Origin: an uncultured virus (IMG/VR IMGVR_UViG_3300017950_001657)
Lineage: Duplodnaviria > Heunggongvirae > Uroviricota > Caudoviricetes
Virus record (IMG/VR): IMGVR_UViG_3300017950_001657
Direction: 5' to 3' (one strand)
Length of the DNA stretch: 64,000 nucleotides
The position numbers were made by a program, and so were the translations under genes. The notes beneath the pieces are model-generated. The model had not been told where the DNA came from and ran no database searches. It saw nothing but the letters and a program-made list of their open reading frames with translations. Shown one piece after another: positions 39,981-47,854 of this stretch (position 1 is the first letter of the stretch; each line of letters opens with the position of its first letter).

Positions 39981-40342
39981 TGATTGAACTCTTAATAGCA
40001 CTGCTAGTTAAGCACTGGCTCAGCGACTTCTGTTTACAAACTCCGTGGATGATCCAGGCAAAAAGTAAACCATTTGGTCTAGGTGGACTGATCCATGCAG
40101 CTATACACGGTGTCTTTACATTTGTTATTTGTTATTATTTTATTGGTTGGCCTTTTGCTCTATTTGTTGGATTAGCTGATTTCGCCGTACACTACACTAT
40201 TGATTATTGTAAAGAACTAGTATCGCGTGTTATGAAACTGACACCAGCACATCAGCAGTATTGGATATTGTTTGGTTTTGATCAACTATTACATATGTTA
40301 ACATATGTTGCTATTTGGAGTTATGCACGTGGCATTATTTGA
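39980..40342 (+). CDS. DUF3307-like membrane protein
   Basis: HWLSDF.LQ, H...H, HYTID and DQLLH. Confidence 0.75.
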   Translation: MIELLIALLVKHWLSDFCLQTPWMIQAKSKPFGLGGLIHAAIHGVFTFVICYYFIGWPFALFVGLADFAVHYTIDYCKELVSRVMKLTPAHQQYWILFGFDQLLHMLTYVAIWSYARGII

Positions 40343-40904
40343 AACACACAAAGACTGGATCTCAGAGGATGAACATGGCATGTTACAAGCATTGGTGTTG
40401 TATGCTCCACGCTGGCGTTTTGGTCAGGTAAGCGACAATACAATCCAACCAAACTATCCCATGTGGTTCCAAAACTTTTGGGATATTAGAACATTTGAGT
40501 TCAAACCAGATCAAGAGATAGTGACCAATCTGTTACGTTCACTAAAAGATAGATTTTTAGAGTTATGCCCGGGCAATTATAAACTTGTTAGGTTTATGGC
40601 CAGTAGTAATACGTTTGGCATTGATGGTGATATCCATACAGACTGGCCACATCCTGATGTAAGTATTACAGGTGTACTTTATACAGACAAGGTATGGGAA
40701 CAGAACTGGGGCGGGGAAACGGCCTTTTATAAGGATGGTGTCGTAGAAGCTAGCGAATATGAACCCAGAAAGCTTATTACATTTGATAGTAGTATTGCCC
40801 ATGTAGGCAAAGGGCCGCAGCGACGTTGTAAGGAAATGAGAACAATTATAGCGTTTCAAGCAGTTAGCGAAGATGCTCTAAATGCTAAAATGAGAAAGAA
40901 TTAA
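40329..40904 (+). CDS. 2OG-Fe(II) oxygenase
   Basis: HTD, WGGET and H...R. Confidence 0.8.
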   Translation: MALFETHKDWISEDEHGMLQALVLYAPRWRFGQVSDNTIQPNYPMWFQNFWDIRTFEFKPDQEIVTNLLRSLKDRFLELCPGNYKLVRFMASSNTFGIDGDIHTDWPHPDVSITGVLYTDKVWEQNWGGETAFYKDGVVEASEYEPRKLITFDSSIAHVGKGPQRRCKEMRTIIAFQAVSEDALNAKMRKN

Positions 40905-41725
40905 TGATCATAACTGGCGATGGTGGATTAGATAACTGGTATAATGTCACTGTAAATACGTCATTGAACACATTTGAGGTTAATTTTAATCACAAGTCTC
41001 CGGCTCGACAACTGAATTTTTTTGAAGCTGCTGATTACACTGCAAGAACAATAGCTGAAAAATACAAAGATATCTTCCTAGGACTTAGTGGAGGCATGGA
41101 TAGTCAATTTGTTGCTGAAACTTTGTATAAAAATAATATTAACTTTACACCATTAATAGGAATAAACCCTACTAATAATGATCATGAATTTGCTATAGAT
41201 TGGTGTAATGCGCGGAATATAAAATCTATCATTCTTGACTTAGAATTTTATTCACAAGATATTTTAAAAATTTATACGACCTTTTTAAAAAAAGTTCCGT
41301 TTGTTAATATAGGAAATTGCATAGATCTTTTTTTAAGTAGTATTGCAAAAAAACATTCTGGTCATTTAATAGTCGGTGGTCCTACACTTCCTTTAACACC
41401 TTATCACCCAAAGCAAGCTAGTAAAGAACCCATTTATTCTGTAGAGATAAGTGAATTTGCTCTTGAGTTGACCAATCAACTAATTGGTGGATTCTTCTTC
41501 TTTACTCCCGAAATTCTACTATCACAGGCAATCAATCTAGATATTACAAAGACGGATGATTACTCTCGAGCTGCTTTATATAATTTTCCTGTCAGACATA
41601 AGACACTAGAATATAGATTATTTCCAGATTCTATTCATCTTAAACTAGTACATATAACTAAAAATAGAAAAATCAATAACCAAGATTGGTCAAAAACTAA
41701 TCTCATTAACTTACTTCAGAATTAA
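40904..41725 (+). CDS. PP-loop (adenine nucleotide alpha hydrolase-like) protein
   Basis: LGLSGGMDS; AT-rich; no QueC zinc motif. Confidence 0.55.
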   Translation: MIITGDGGLDNWYNVTVNTSLNTFEVNFNHKSPARQLNFFEAADYTARTIAEKYKDIFLGLSGGMDSQFVAETLYKNNINFTPLIGINPTNNDHEFAIDWCNARNIKSIILDLEFYSQDILKIYTTFLKKVPFVNIGNCIDLFLSSIAKKHSGHLIVGGPTLPLTPYHPKQASKEPIYSVEISEFALELTNQLIGGFFFFTPEILLSQAINLDITKTDDYSRAALYNFPVRHKTLEYRLFPDSIHLKLVHITKNRKINNQDWSKTNLINLLQN

Positions 41726-41726
41726 A

Positions 41727-41755
41727 TTGACTCTCAATCATAAATATCTTACAAT
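41727..41755 (+). promoter_or_regulatory. Sigma70-type promoter for the queD operon, with embedded CATAAATA
   Basis: TTGACT-N17-TACAAT. Confidence 0.75.
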
Positions 41756-41766
41756 GTAATTACATT

Positions 41767-41824
41767 AGAGGACTAAGGTGTTCGACCCTCTTTAAATATT
41801 CCGCACACTCCATAACCAAGGAGT
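41767..41824 (+). ncRNA. Candidate preQ1-I-like riboswitch with SD-sequestering hairpin
   Basis: AGAGG/CCTCT stem, 15-nt loop ending AC, A/U-rich tail, possible GGUGU:ACACU pseudoknot, ACTCC/GGAGT hairpin over the SD; lies in the queD 5' UTR. Confidence 0.55.
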
Positions 41825-41830
41825 ATAAAC

Positions 41831-42304
41831 ATGGCAAAATATATTAGTACAAAAACATACAGGCATTTAGGTCCAGTAGCATACAGACAGTGGAGAGCAG
41901 ATTCACACTGCAATCTTATCCACGGATACGCATTAAGTTTCCATTTTGAATTTGAAACTGATGACCTAGATGCTCGTAACTGGGTAGTAGACTTTGGTGG
42001 ATTACGTCCACTAAAGGATAGCTTAGAAGATTGGTTTGATCACACTCTGCTAGTAGCACAGGATGATCCAGACCGCGACACGCTACTAGAACTAGGCAAG
42101 AAAGGCCTAGCAAAGATTACAGAAGTTGAAAAGACTGGATGTGAAGGTCTGTCAGACTTTTTGTATGAATACGTAAACACAATATTTTTACCTAGTTGGG
42201 AACCTGGCACTAGGGTATGGTGCTGTAAGGTTGAGGTAAGAGAAACTGACTCAAATATGGCTATGCGAGTTGGTCACAGAGAAGATGGAGAATTCGATGT
42301 TTAA
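41831..42304 (+). CDS. queD: 6-carboxy-5,6,7,8-tetrahydropterin synthase
   Basis: CNLIHGY, VVDFG, FDH, GCE and ETDSN. Confidence 0.9.
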   Translation: MAKYISTKTYRHLGPVAYRQWRADSHCNLIHGYALSFHFEFETDDLDARNWVVDFGGLRPLKDSLEDWFDHTLLVAQDDPDRDTLLELGKKGLAKITEVEKTGCEGLSDFLYEYVNTIFLPSWEPGTRVWCCKVEVRETDSNMAMRVGHREDGEFDV

Positions 42305-42485
42305 ATGCATTATGAAATGGCTAGGAGTTGGAGACACACCTGCTGTTATTACAGAAGCTGAGCTTAACAAGATGACAAAGAAGCAAGTTGATGACTGGGC
42401 AGCAGATCATGGTATCAACCTCGATCGTCGTCTTACAAAGGCTAAGATGATTGATGAACTAAAAAAACACGTAACTGTAGACTAA
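42297..42485 (+). CDS. Small Rho-N/HeH-like protein
   Basis: LNKMTKKQV...TKAKMIDEL. Confidence 0.55.
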   Translation: MFKCIMKWLGVGDTPAVITEAELNKMTKKQVDDWAADHGINLDRRLTKAKMIDELKKHVTVD

Positions 42486-42494
42486 GAGGCGTCA

Positions 42495-43358
42495 ATGAAA
42501 GTAAGATATACTGAAGCGTTTTATTCAGTTCAAGGAGAAGGTCGCTGGACAGGTGTGCCCAGTGTATTCCTTCGTATGTATGGTTGTAACTTTACTTGTC
42601 CTAAGTTTGGTATTGCTAGGAACAGTAACGAAACAGCAGAGCCTCAGATCCAAAAGATTGTAGATGAGATTGATAACTATGATACACTTGAGGATCTCCC
42701 ACTTGTGACTGTAGGGTGCGATAGCTATGCTGCTTGGCACCCTGCATTCAAACGTTTTCAACATGATGTAGACATTGATCAGCTGGTTGATGATCTACTT
42801 GCACTTACACCAACAGGTGCATGGTCATTGGATAATGGTCAGGATATCCATTTGGTAATCACAGGCGGTGAGCCTCTATTAGGTTGGCAACGAGCATATA
42901 TACAGTTGCTAGAACATCCACGCATGAAGGACTTGAAGAATGTCACGTTCGAAACTAATACTACACAATCTCTGTCAGAGGATTTCAAAACGTACCTCAC
43001 AGATAATCAACAGGTACACATTACATTCTCTTGCTCCCCTAAACTATCGGTTAGTGGACATACTTGGGTTGATGCTATCAAGCCTGATGTTGCTGTTAAG
43101 TACGCTAGTGTTCCTAACAGCCACTTGTATCTTAAGTTCGTTGTTTCTGATGATGTTGACGTGGCAGAAGTTGATAGAGCTGTTGCAGAATATAGATCTG
43201 CGGGACTTGAAGCGCCGGTTTACCTCATGCCTGTTGGCGGTACGACAGACAGTTACTTCAAAAACGGTCGTCAAGTCGCAGAGCTCGCCCTCGAAAAAGG
43301 CTACAGATATAGCCCACGCCTCCACGTCGACGTCTTCGGTAACGCCTGGGGAACCTAA
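42495..43358 (+). CDS. queE: 7-carboxy-7-deazaguanine synthase (radical SAM)
   Basis: FYSVQGEG, RMYGCNFTC...CDS, TGGEP, ETN, SPK and RLH. Confidence 0.9.
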   Translation: MKVRYTEAFYSVQGEGRWTGVPSVFLRMYGCNFTCPKFGIARNSNETAEPQIQKIVDEIDNYDTLEDLPLVTVGCDSYAAWHPAFKRFQHDVDIDQLVDDLLALTPTGAWSLDNGQDIHLVITGGEPLLGWQRAYIQLLEHPRMKDLKNVTFETNTTQSLSEDFKTYLTDNQQVHITFSCSPKLSVSGHTWVDAIKPDVAVKYASVPNSHLYLKFVVSDDVDVAEVDRAVAEYRSAGLEAPVYLMPVGGTTDSYFKNGRQVAELALEKGYRYSPRLHVDVFGNAWGT

Positions 43359-43391
43359 CTTAGAAAATAAGTTACGTAAAGCTGGTGCAAT

Positions 43392-43949
43392 ATGAGAACA
43401 GTTTGGGTAAGACACGGACAAAGCGAATATAATGCTAAAAATTTAGCAACGGGTTGGCACGATCCTGATCTTACCCAACTTGGGGTAGAACAGGCATTTG
43501 AAACAGCTAGAATTTTAGCTCAAAGATACACAATGATCGCTAGTATACATACTAGCGATCTTCGTAGAGCAGTACAGACAGCTAGTATAATTTTACAAAG
43601 CTCGCCATGGTTTGTTGAGACAGAAATAGATAGTAGATTGCGTGAACGTGACTATGGTGATTGGAGCGGTAAAAACAAGGATGAAAACCGTTTAAGTGTA
43701 GGAGATGAAAGATTTTTATCTATACGCCGAGGCTGGGACATTGCTCCCCCTAACGGTGAGAGTTTGAAAGATACTGCTAGTAGAGTAGCAAATTATTTGG
43801 ACAATATAGAACAAAGTAATCTTCCGATTATTTTTGTTTGTCACGGAAATACTATAAGAGCAGCAAGTGTGATTTTTGGAAAAAATACACCGGAATCTGT
43901 TGTAGATTGGGAAATAGAGACTGGAGGTTTCATAGAATGGGAATACTAG
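43392..43949 (+). CDS. Histidine phosphatase / phosphoglycerate mutase family
   Basis: RHGQS, SDLRRA, ERDYG and HGN. Confidence 0.9.
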   Translation: MRTVWVRHGQSEYNAKNLATGWHDPDLTQLGVEQAFETARILAQRYTMIASIHTSDLRRAVQTASIILQSSPWFVETEIDSRLRERDYGDWSGKNKDENRLSVGDERFLSIRRGWDIAPPNGESLKDTASRVANYLDNIEQSNLPIIFVCHGNTIRAASVIFGKNTPESVVDWEIETGGFIEWEY

Positions 43950-44305
43950 ACGACGCAAAAAGTGCTATGGGTTTGGGTAAAGCCAAACGTGTTGAGGAAC
44001 CTAAGCCACGCGCACCTAAAAAATCAGAAAAGGAAATTGCTACAGAAAAGGGTGAGCCCTGGGTTAGTGTCCTTAGTGTAGAAGTTGATCAGGAAAATCC
44101 TGGCAATGGTGCTTTTGAATTAGACTGGAACCAACCTTTTATTAAATTGCTTTGGAAAAAAGGTTACCGTGACGAAAATGAAAACGATATGGTAGATCGC
44201 TGGTTTCAGGATGTCTGCAGGCACGTGGTTATGGAAAGCTATGAAAAAGATGAAGCTATGGTAACTCGTAACGACTTAGGTGATGGCAGAGTAGAGTATA
44301 AATGA
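43937..44305 (+). CDS. Hypothetical protein
   Basis: GGAGG before ATG 43937; FELDWN motif. Confidence 0.7.
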   Translation: MGILDDAKSAMGLGKAKRVEEPKPRAPKKSEKEIATEKGEPWVSVLSVEVDQENPGNGAFELDWNQPFIKLLWKKGYRDENENDMVDRWFQDVCRHVVMESYEKDEAMVTRNDLGDGRVEYK

Positions 44306-44418
44306 TACGAGCAGTTCCTGCTGAATATGCAAACCACTATTTAAATGGTAGCTGGGTTTTTAATTCTCTTATCACATTTTTAATACATAATGCCCTGCTA
44401 TAAAAGAAGTAAATTATA

Positions 44419-45192
44419 ATGCTTGTCTATGTTAATGGAGATAGTCATAGTGCAGGAGCAGAGCTAGTAGAAGATTTCTGCTTTGCCATGGACGACAGAA
44501 GATACATTCATCTAGGTCGCACACCACACCCTGAAGCTATACCCTATACCTTTGGATATTTTCTCAGCCAGAGTTTAAATGCTGGTTACTTCTTAGATGC
44601 AGAAAGTGCAGGTAGTAACCAGAGAATACTAAGAACTACAACTACATTCTTAGAAGAAAAATATAGTTCTCATACCACCATAATTATTGGCTGGAGTACA
44701 TGGGAAAGAGAAGAATGGCTACACGAAGATTTATACTATCAGGTTACAGCAAGCGGTACTGATAGTGTTCCAGCAGAACTTGTAGACAAATATAAACAAT
44801 GGGTAACAGAGCAAACCCAACAAGAGTTGGCTAAAAAACAAAGGTACTGGCACAATAAAATCTATGAATTCCATTTAGATTTACAAAGTAAAAATATCTC
44901 ACATTTGTTTTTTAATAGTTACAATCACTTTAATATGTCTGATGCAGAAAAGTTTGATTGGCAAAACTGTTATATAAATCCCTATGAAGACGCAGGCACT
45001 TATTTTAACTGGTGTAAGGAACACGGCTTTAAAACAGTCAACAATGGTTTACATTATGGAAGAGATGCCCAAATAGCCTGGGGAAAGTATCTGTTGCCCT
45101 GGTTGACAAACACCAATCAAAGTAGTATAATACAAGCAGTAAAGGTTAATCCCAACCAACAAGTAAAATTTGGACCTACGAGGACTGGATGA
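44419..45192 (+). CDS. SGNH/GDSL-like protein
   Basis: N-terminal GDS, GSN and a C-terminal His; paralog at 56520. Confidence 0.55.
   Translation: MLVYVNGDSHSAGAELVEDFCFAMDDRRYIHLGRTPHPEAIPYTFGYFLSQSLNAGYFLDAESAGSNQRILRTTTTFLEEKYSSHTTIIIGWSTWEREEWLHEDLYYQVTASGTDSVPAELVDKYKQWVTEQTQQELAKKQRYWHNKIYEFHLDLQSKNISHLFFNSYNHFNMSDAEKFDWQNCYINPYEDAGTYFNWCKEHGFKTVNNGLHYGRDAQIAWGKYLLPWLTNTNQSSIIQAVKVNPNQQVKFGPTRTG
45103..45131 (+). promoter_or_regulatory. Sigma70-type promoter inside the upstream ORF, driving the RNase H gene
   Basis: TTGACA-N17-TATAAT. Confidence 0.8.
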
Positions 45193-46193
45193 CGACTTAT
45201 CTACTAGTTGATACCGCTAACACATTCTTTCGTGCAAGACACGTTGCCCATCGTGGCATGGATTCATGGACTAAACTGGGCTTTGCAATTCATGTAACAC
45301 TTAATGCTGTAAACAAAGCACACAGAATCGCCGGGGCTGATCATGTAATATTTGCGCTGGAAGGCAGAAGCTGGCGTAAGGACTATTACACACCTTATAA
45401 GCGCAACAGGTCAGATGCAAGAGCAGCACTAACAGAAGCAGAGCAGGAAGAAGATAAACTGTTCTGGGAGGCATATGATGAACTTACGACATTCCTAAAA
45501 GATAGTTCAAATTGCAGCGTCCTTAGATGCGAAATTGCGGAGGCTGACGATATTATCGCACGGTTTATTAATATGCACCCTAACGACAACCACGTTATTG
45601 TTAGCAGTGATACTGATTTTGTTCAGCTAGTTAGTGATAACGTTCGTCAATACAACGGTATTCAAAATCATATGATTACCCTAGAGGGTATCTTTGACGA
45701 TTATGGCAAGCCTGTTAAGGATAAAAAAACTGGGGAAGCAAAGATTGCTCCAGATCCAGAGTGGCTGCTATTTGAAAAATGCATGCGTGGTGATCCTACT
45801 GACAATGTATTCAGTGCTTATCCAGGTGTCCGAACCAAAGGCAGTAAAAATAAGGTAGGACTATTAGAAGCATATGAGGATCGTGCCAATCGCGGTTATA
45901 ACTGGAATAACATGATGCTACAGCGTTGGGTAGATCATAACGGTGAAGAGCATCGTGTTCTCGACGACTACGAGCGCAATCGCACACTGGTGGATCTCAC
46001 AGCACAGCCTGCAGAGATCAAAGAGTATGTTGACGAAACAATCCGTTCGCAGGTTACGGACAAGCACATGGGTATGGTTGGTGCTAAGTTCCTAAAGTTC
46101 TGCGGTAAGTATGAACTCAATAGGCTAGCTGAAGACGCTACAAAGTTTGCAGAATGGTTGAACAAAGGCTATGAATATGAAGTTACAAGCTAA
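45189..46193 (+). CDS. T4 RNase H-like 5'-3' exonuclease (FEN family)
   Basis: LVD, SWRK..Y.PYK.NR, EADD, SSDTDF and GDPTDNV. Confidence 0.9.
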   Translation: MTTYLLVDTANTFFRARHVAHRGMDSWTKLGFAIHVTLNAVNKAHRIAGADHVIFALEGRSWRKDYYTPYKRNRSDARAALTEAEQEEDKLFWEAYDELTTFLKDSSNCSVLRCEIAEADDIIARFINMHPNDNHVIVSSDTDFVQLVSDNVRQYNGIQNHMITLEGIFDDYGKPVKDKKTGEAKIAPDPEWLLFEKCMRGDPTDNVFSAYPGVRTKGSKNKVGLLEAYEDRANRGYNWNNMMLQRWVDHNGEEHRVLDDYERNRTLVDLTAQPAEIKEYVDETIRSQVTDKHMGMVGAKFLKFCGKYELNRLAEDATKFAEWLNKGYEYEVTS

Positions 46194-46647
46194 AGCTATT
46201 GTAGATAATACCTTCTGGATTATCGAACGCAATGGCGAAAAGGTAGGTACCCTTCGCCACAGTAATGACTATGTGCTAACAGTAAATAGTAAAAACTTCC
46301 GTTATCCGGATTTGAAATCGCTGAGTACTAAGTTGGATATAGACTTTCAAAATAATTTAGTGAGGATTGAACCTGCCGGCAAAAAGCAGTTTGATGTACA
46401 TGGGTATCCATGCAAGACATTACCATTTAATGGTATTTTTGACCTAAAGCGTAAACTACCATTGTATACCAAGACTGAAAAAAGCCAATGCTTCTACTGC
46501 GCTGGATATTATGCAATCAATTTTGAGAACGGCTGGGTTCCTGCATATTGCCCTAAACTTATTACTTTGGGTAGAAACGAACATAAGGGACCATACAAAA
46601 CAAAGTTAGAGATGCAGGAAGTTATTAGAAACCTATCAAATGGCTAA
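46171..46647 (+). CDS. Hypothetical protein
   Basis: 158-aa operon-tiling ORF. Confidence 0.7.
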   Translation: MNMKLQAKAIVDNTFWIIERNGEKVGTLRHSNDYVLTVNSKNFRYPDLKSLSTKLDIDFQNNLVRIEPAGKKQFDVHGYPCKTLPFNGIFDLKRKLPLYTKTEKSQCFYCAGYYAINFENGWVPAYCPKLITLGRNEHKGPYKTKLEMQEVIRNLSNG

Positions 46648-46855
46648 AATCCCACACTTCGGCAATCTTGAAAAACTAGCAAGCAAATGTGCTTTAATTA
46701 AATCAGAAAATCTGATAATTAATAAAACTGAAGCACAACACATTGCAATGGAATACCAGAAGCTTATTGGATACATAACTCAGATACAGGATGAGTTATT
46801 AGCTGAGCGAGAACGTCAGGCTACTGAGATAGAGATCTTAGGTCCAAATTTTTAA
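46640..46855 (+). CDS. Hypothetical protein
   Basis: 71-aa coupled ORF. Confidence 0.6.
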   Translation: MAKIPHFGNLEKLASKCALIKSENLIINKTEAQHIAMEYQKLIGYITQIQDELLAERERQATEIEILGPNF

Positions 46856-46907
46856 TAAACTACTCATATTTCCAGATAAATAATATTGTATTATAATTGG
46901 AAAATCC

Positions 46908-47204
46908 ATGAGTAGACCCAAGCCCACAGTTTTATTAGAAAAGGTTGATAAGCAGACTTACAAGTCTGATCAGGTCCTTGCTAGCGAAGGAATCTGGAGT
47001 GTATTCTATAAAAACCAACCTATTAATCTAAAGAGTAGTAATATGCTTATTAGCTATCCTGGTCCTAAATATAAGAAGGTCTCATTCAGCAATCCAGGCC
47101 ATGCTATAAATCTTGCCAAAAAGCTTAATAAGAATTTCAACTGCTCTGACTTCACGGTAGTATTACTGAGCAGTGGTGAGATCATCTACCCAGATGCCCA
47201 ATAA
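46908..47204 (+). CDS. Hypothetical protein (late)
   Basis: GATAAATA upstream; MSRPKP start. Confidence 0.7.
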   Translation: MSRPKPTVLLEKVDKQTYKSDQVLASEGIWSVFYKNQPINLKSSNMLISYPGPKYKKVSFSNPGHAINLAKKLNKNFNCSDFTVVLLSSGEIIYPDAQ

Positions 47205-47562
47205 ACAAGAATACACACAAGCATTTCTAAAAAACATTGAAACTACTACTGTGCCCGCCGGTGACGAGCTTGCATTCTTTTGGCTTAATATTAGAGATAC
47301 TGGAGGGTTAAGGCTAACTGAAAATGGGTATTTTTGTCTAGTAGAAGATATTAAGTTAGAAAGCTGGGAAATAGACATCCGTGAACAAAAGATAACCCAA
47401 AGGTTCCTTTTAGACTTGGATCGTTTTATGAACTGCCCCTACTATGTGCAGCGCGGCCGGTGGCCCAAAGTTATCCTGTTTAGTGAACAAACCTATTTCT
47501 GGCTGGTACTACATAACCAGGATTTTGAAAGGTTCTTAAATGCCAACAAAATATCGTCTTAG
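47194..47562 (+). CDS. Hypothetical protein
   Basis: GGLRLT motif; overlaps the upstream stop. Confidence 0.65.
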   Translation: MPNKQEYTQAFLKNIETTTVPAGDELAFFWLNIRDTGGLRLTENGYFCLVEDIKLESWEIDIREQKITQRFLLDLDRFMNCPYYVQRGRWPKVILFSEQTYFWLVLHNQDFERFLNANKISS

Positions 47563-47854
47563 ACACAATAAGCACCTAGAAAACTGTCAGTGGTTACATC
47601 TAATAAGTGTAGATTTCCCTGAAACTCGTCATAGGCCTTATGATTATGATTACTGGGGATATCGTAACGTAGAAATAATTGACAGTGTAGAAGAACAAAA
47701 GGAAACCATCCTGGGCCTACTACACGAAAGTTATGGGCCGCAGGATGGTTTATGGAATATAAGATGGAGTGACGCAGGTGCAGACATCAGATTTAAAACT
47801 GAATCTGATGCTGCTAGTTTCCTGATGCTGTATACCCTTCAGCCTATTAGTTAA
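47540..47854 (+). CDS. Hypothetical protein
   Basis: 104-aa ORF converging on the vWA gene. Confidence 0.6.
   Translation: MPTKYRLRHNKHLENCQWLHLISVDFPETRHRPYDYDYWGYRNVEIIDSVEEQKETILGLLHESYGPQDGLWNIRWSDAGADIRFKTESDAASFLMLYTLQPIS

Noticed and set aside
40904..41725. Calling the SGGMDS protein QueC
   Set aside because: It lacks the QueC C-terminal Cys4 zinc motif and the YGQ motif, and the PP-loop lies about 60 aa in. Kept only as a generic PP-loop protein.
44302..44403. 33-codon ORF MIRAVPAEYANH...
   Set aside because: It is ATGA-coupled but short, AT-rich and has no recognisable motif. It could be a gene remnant; support is insufficient.
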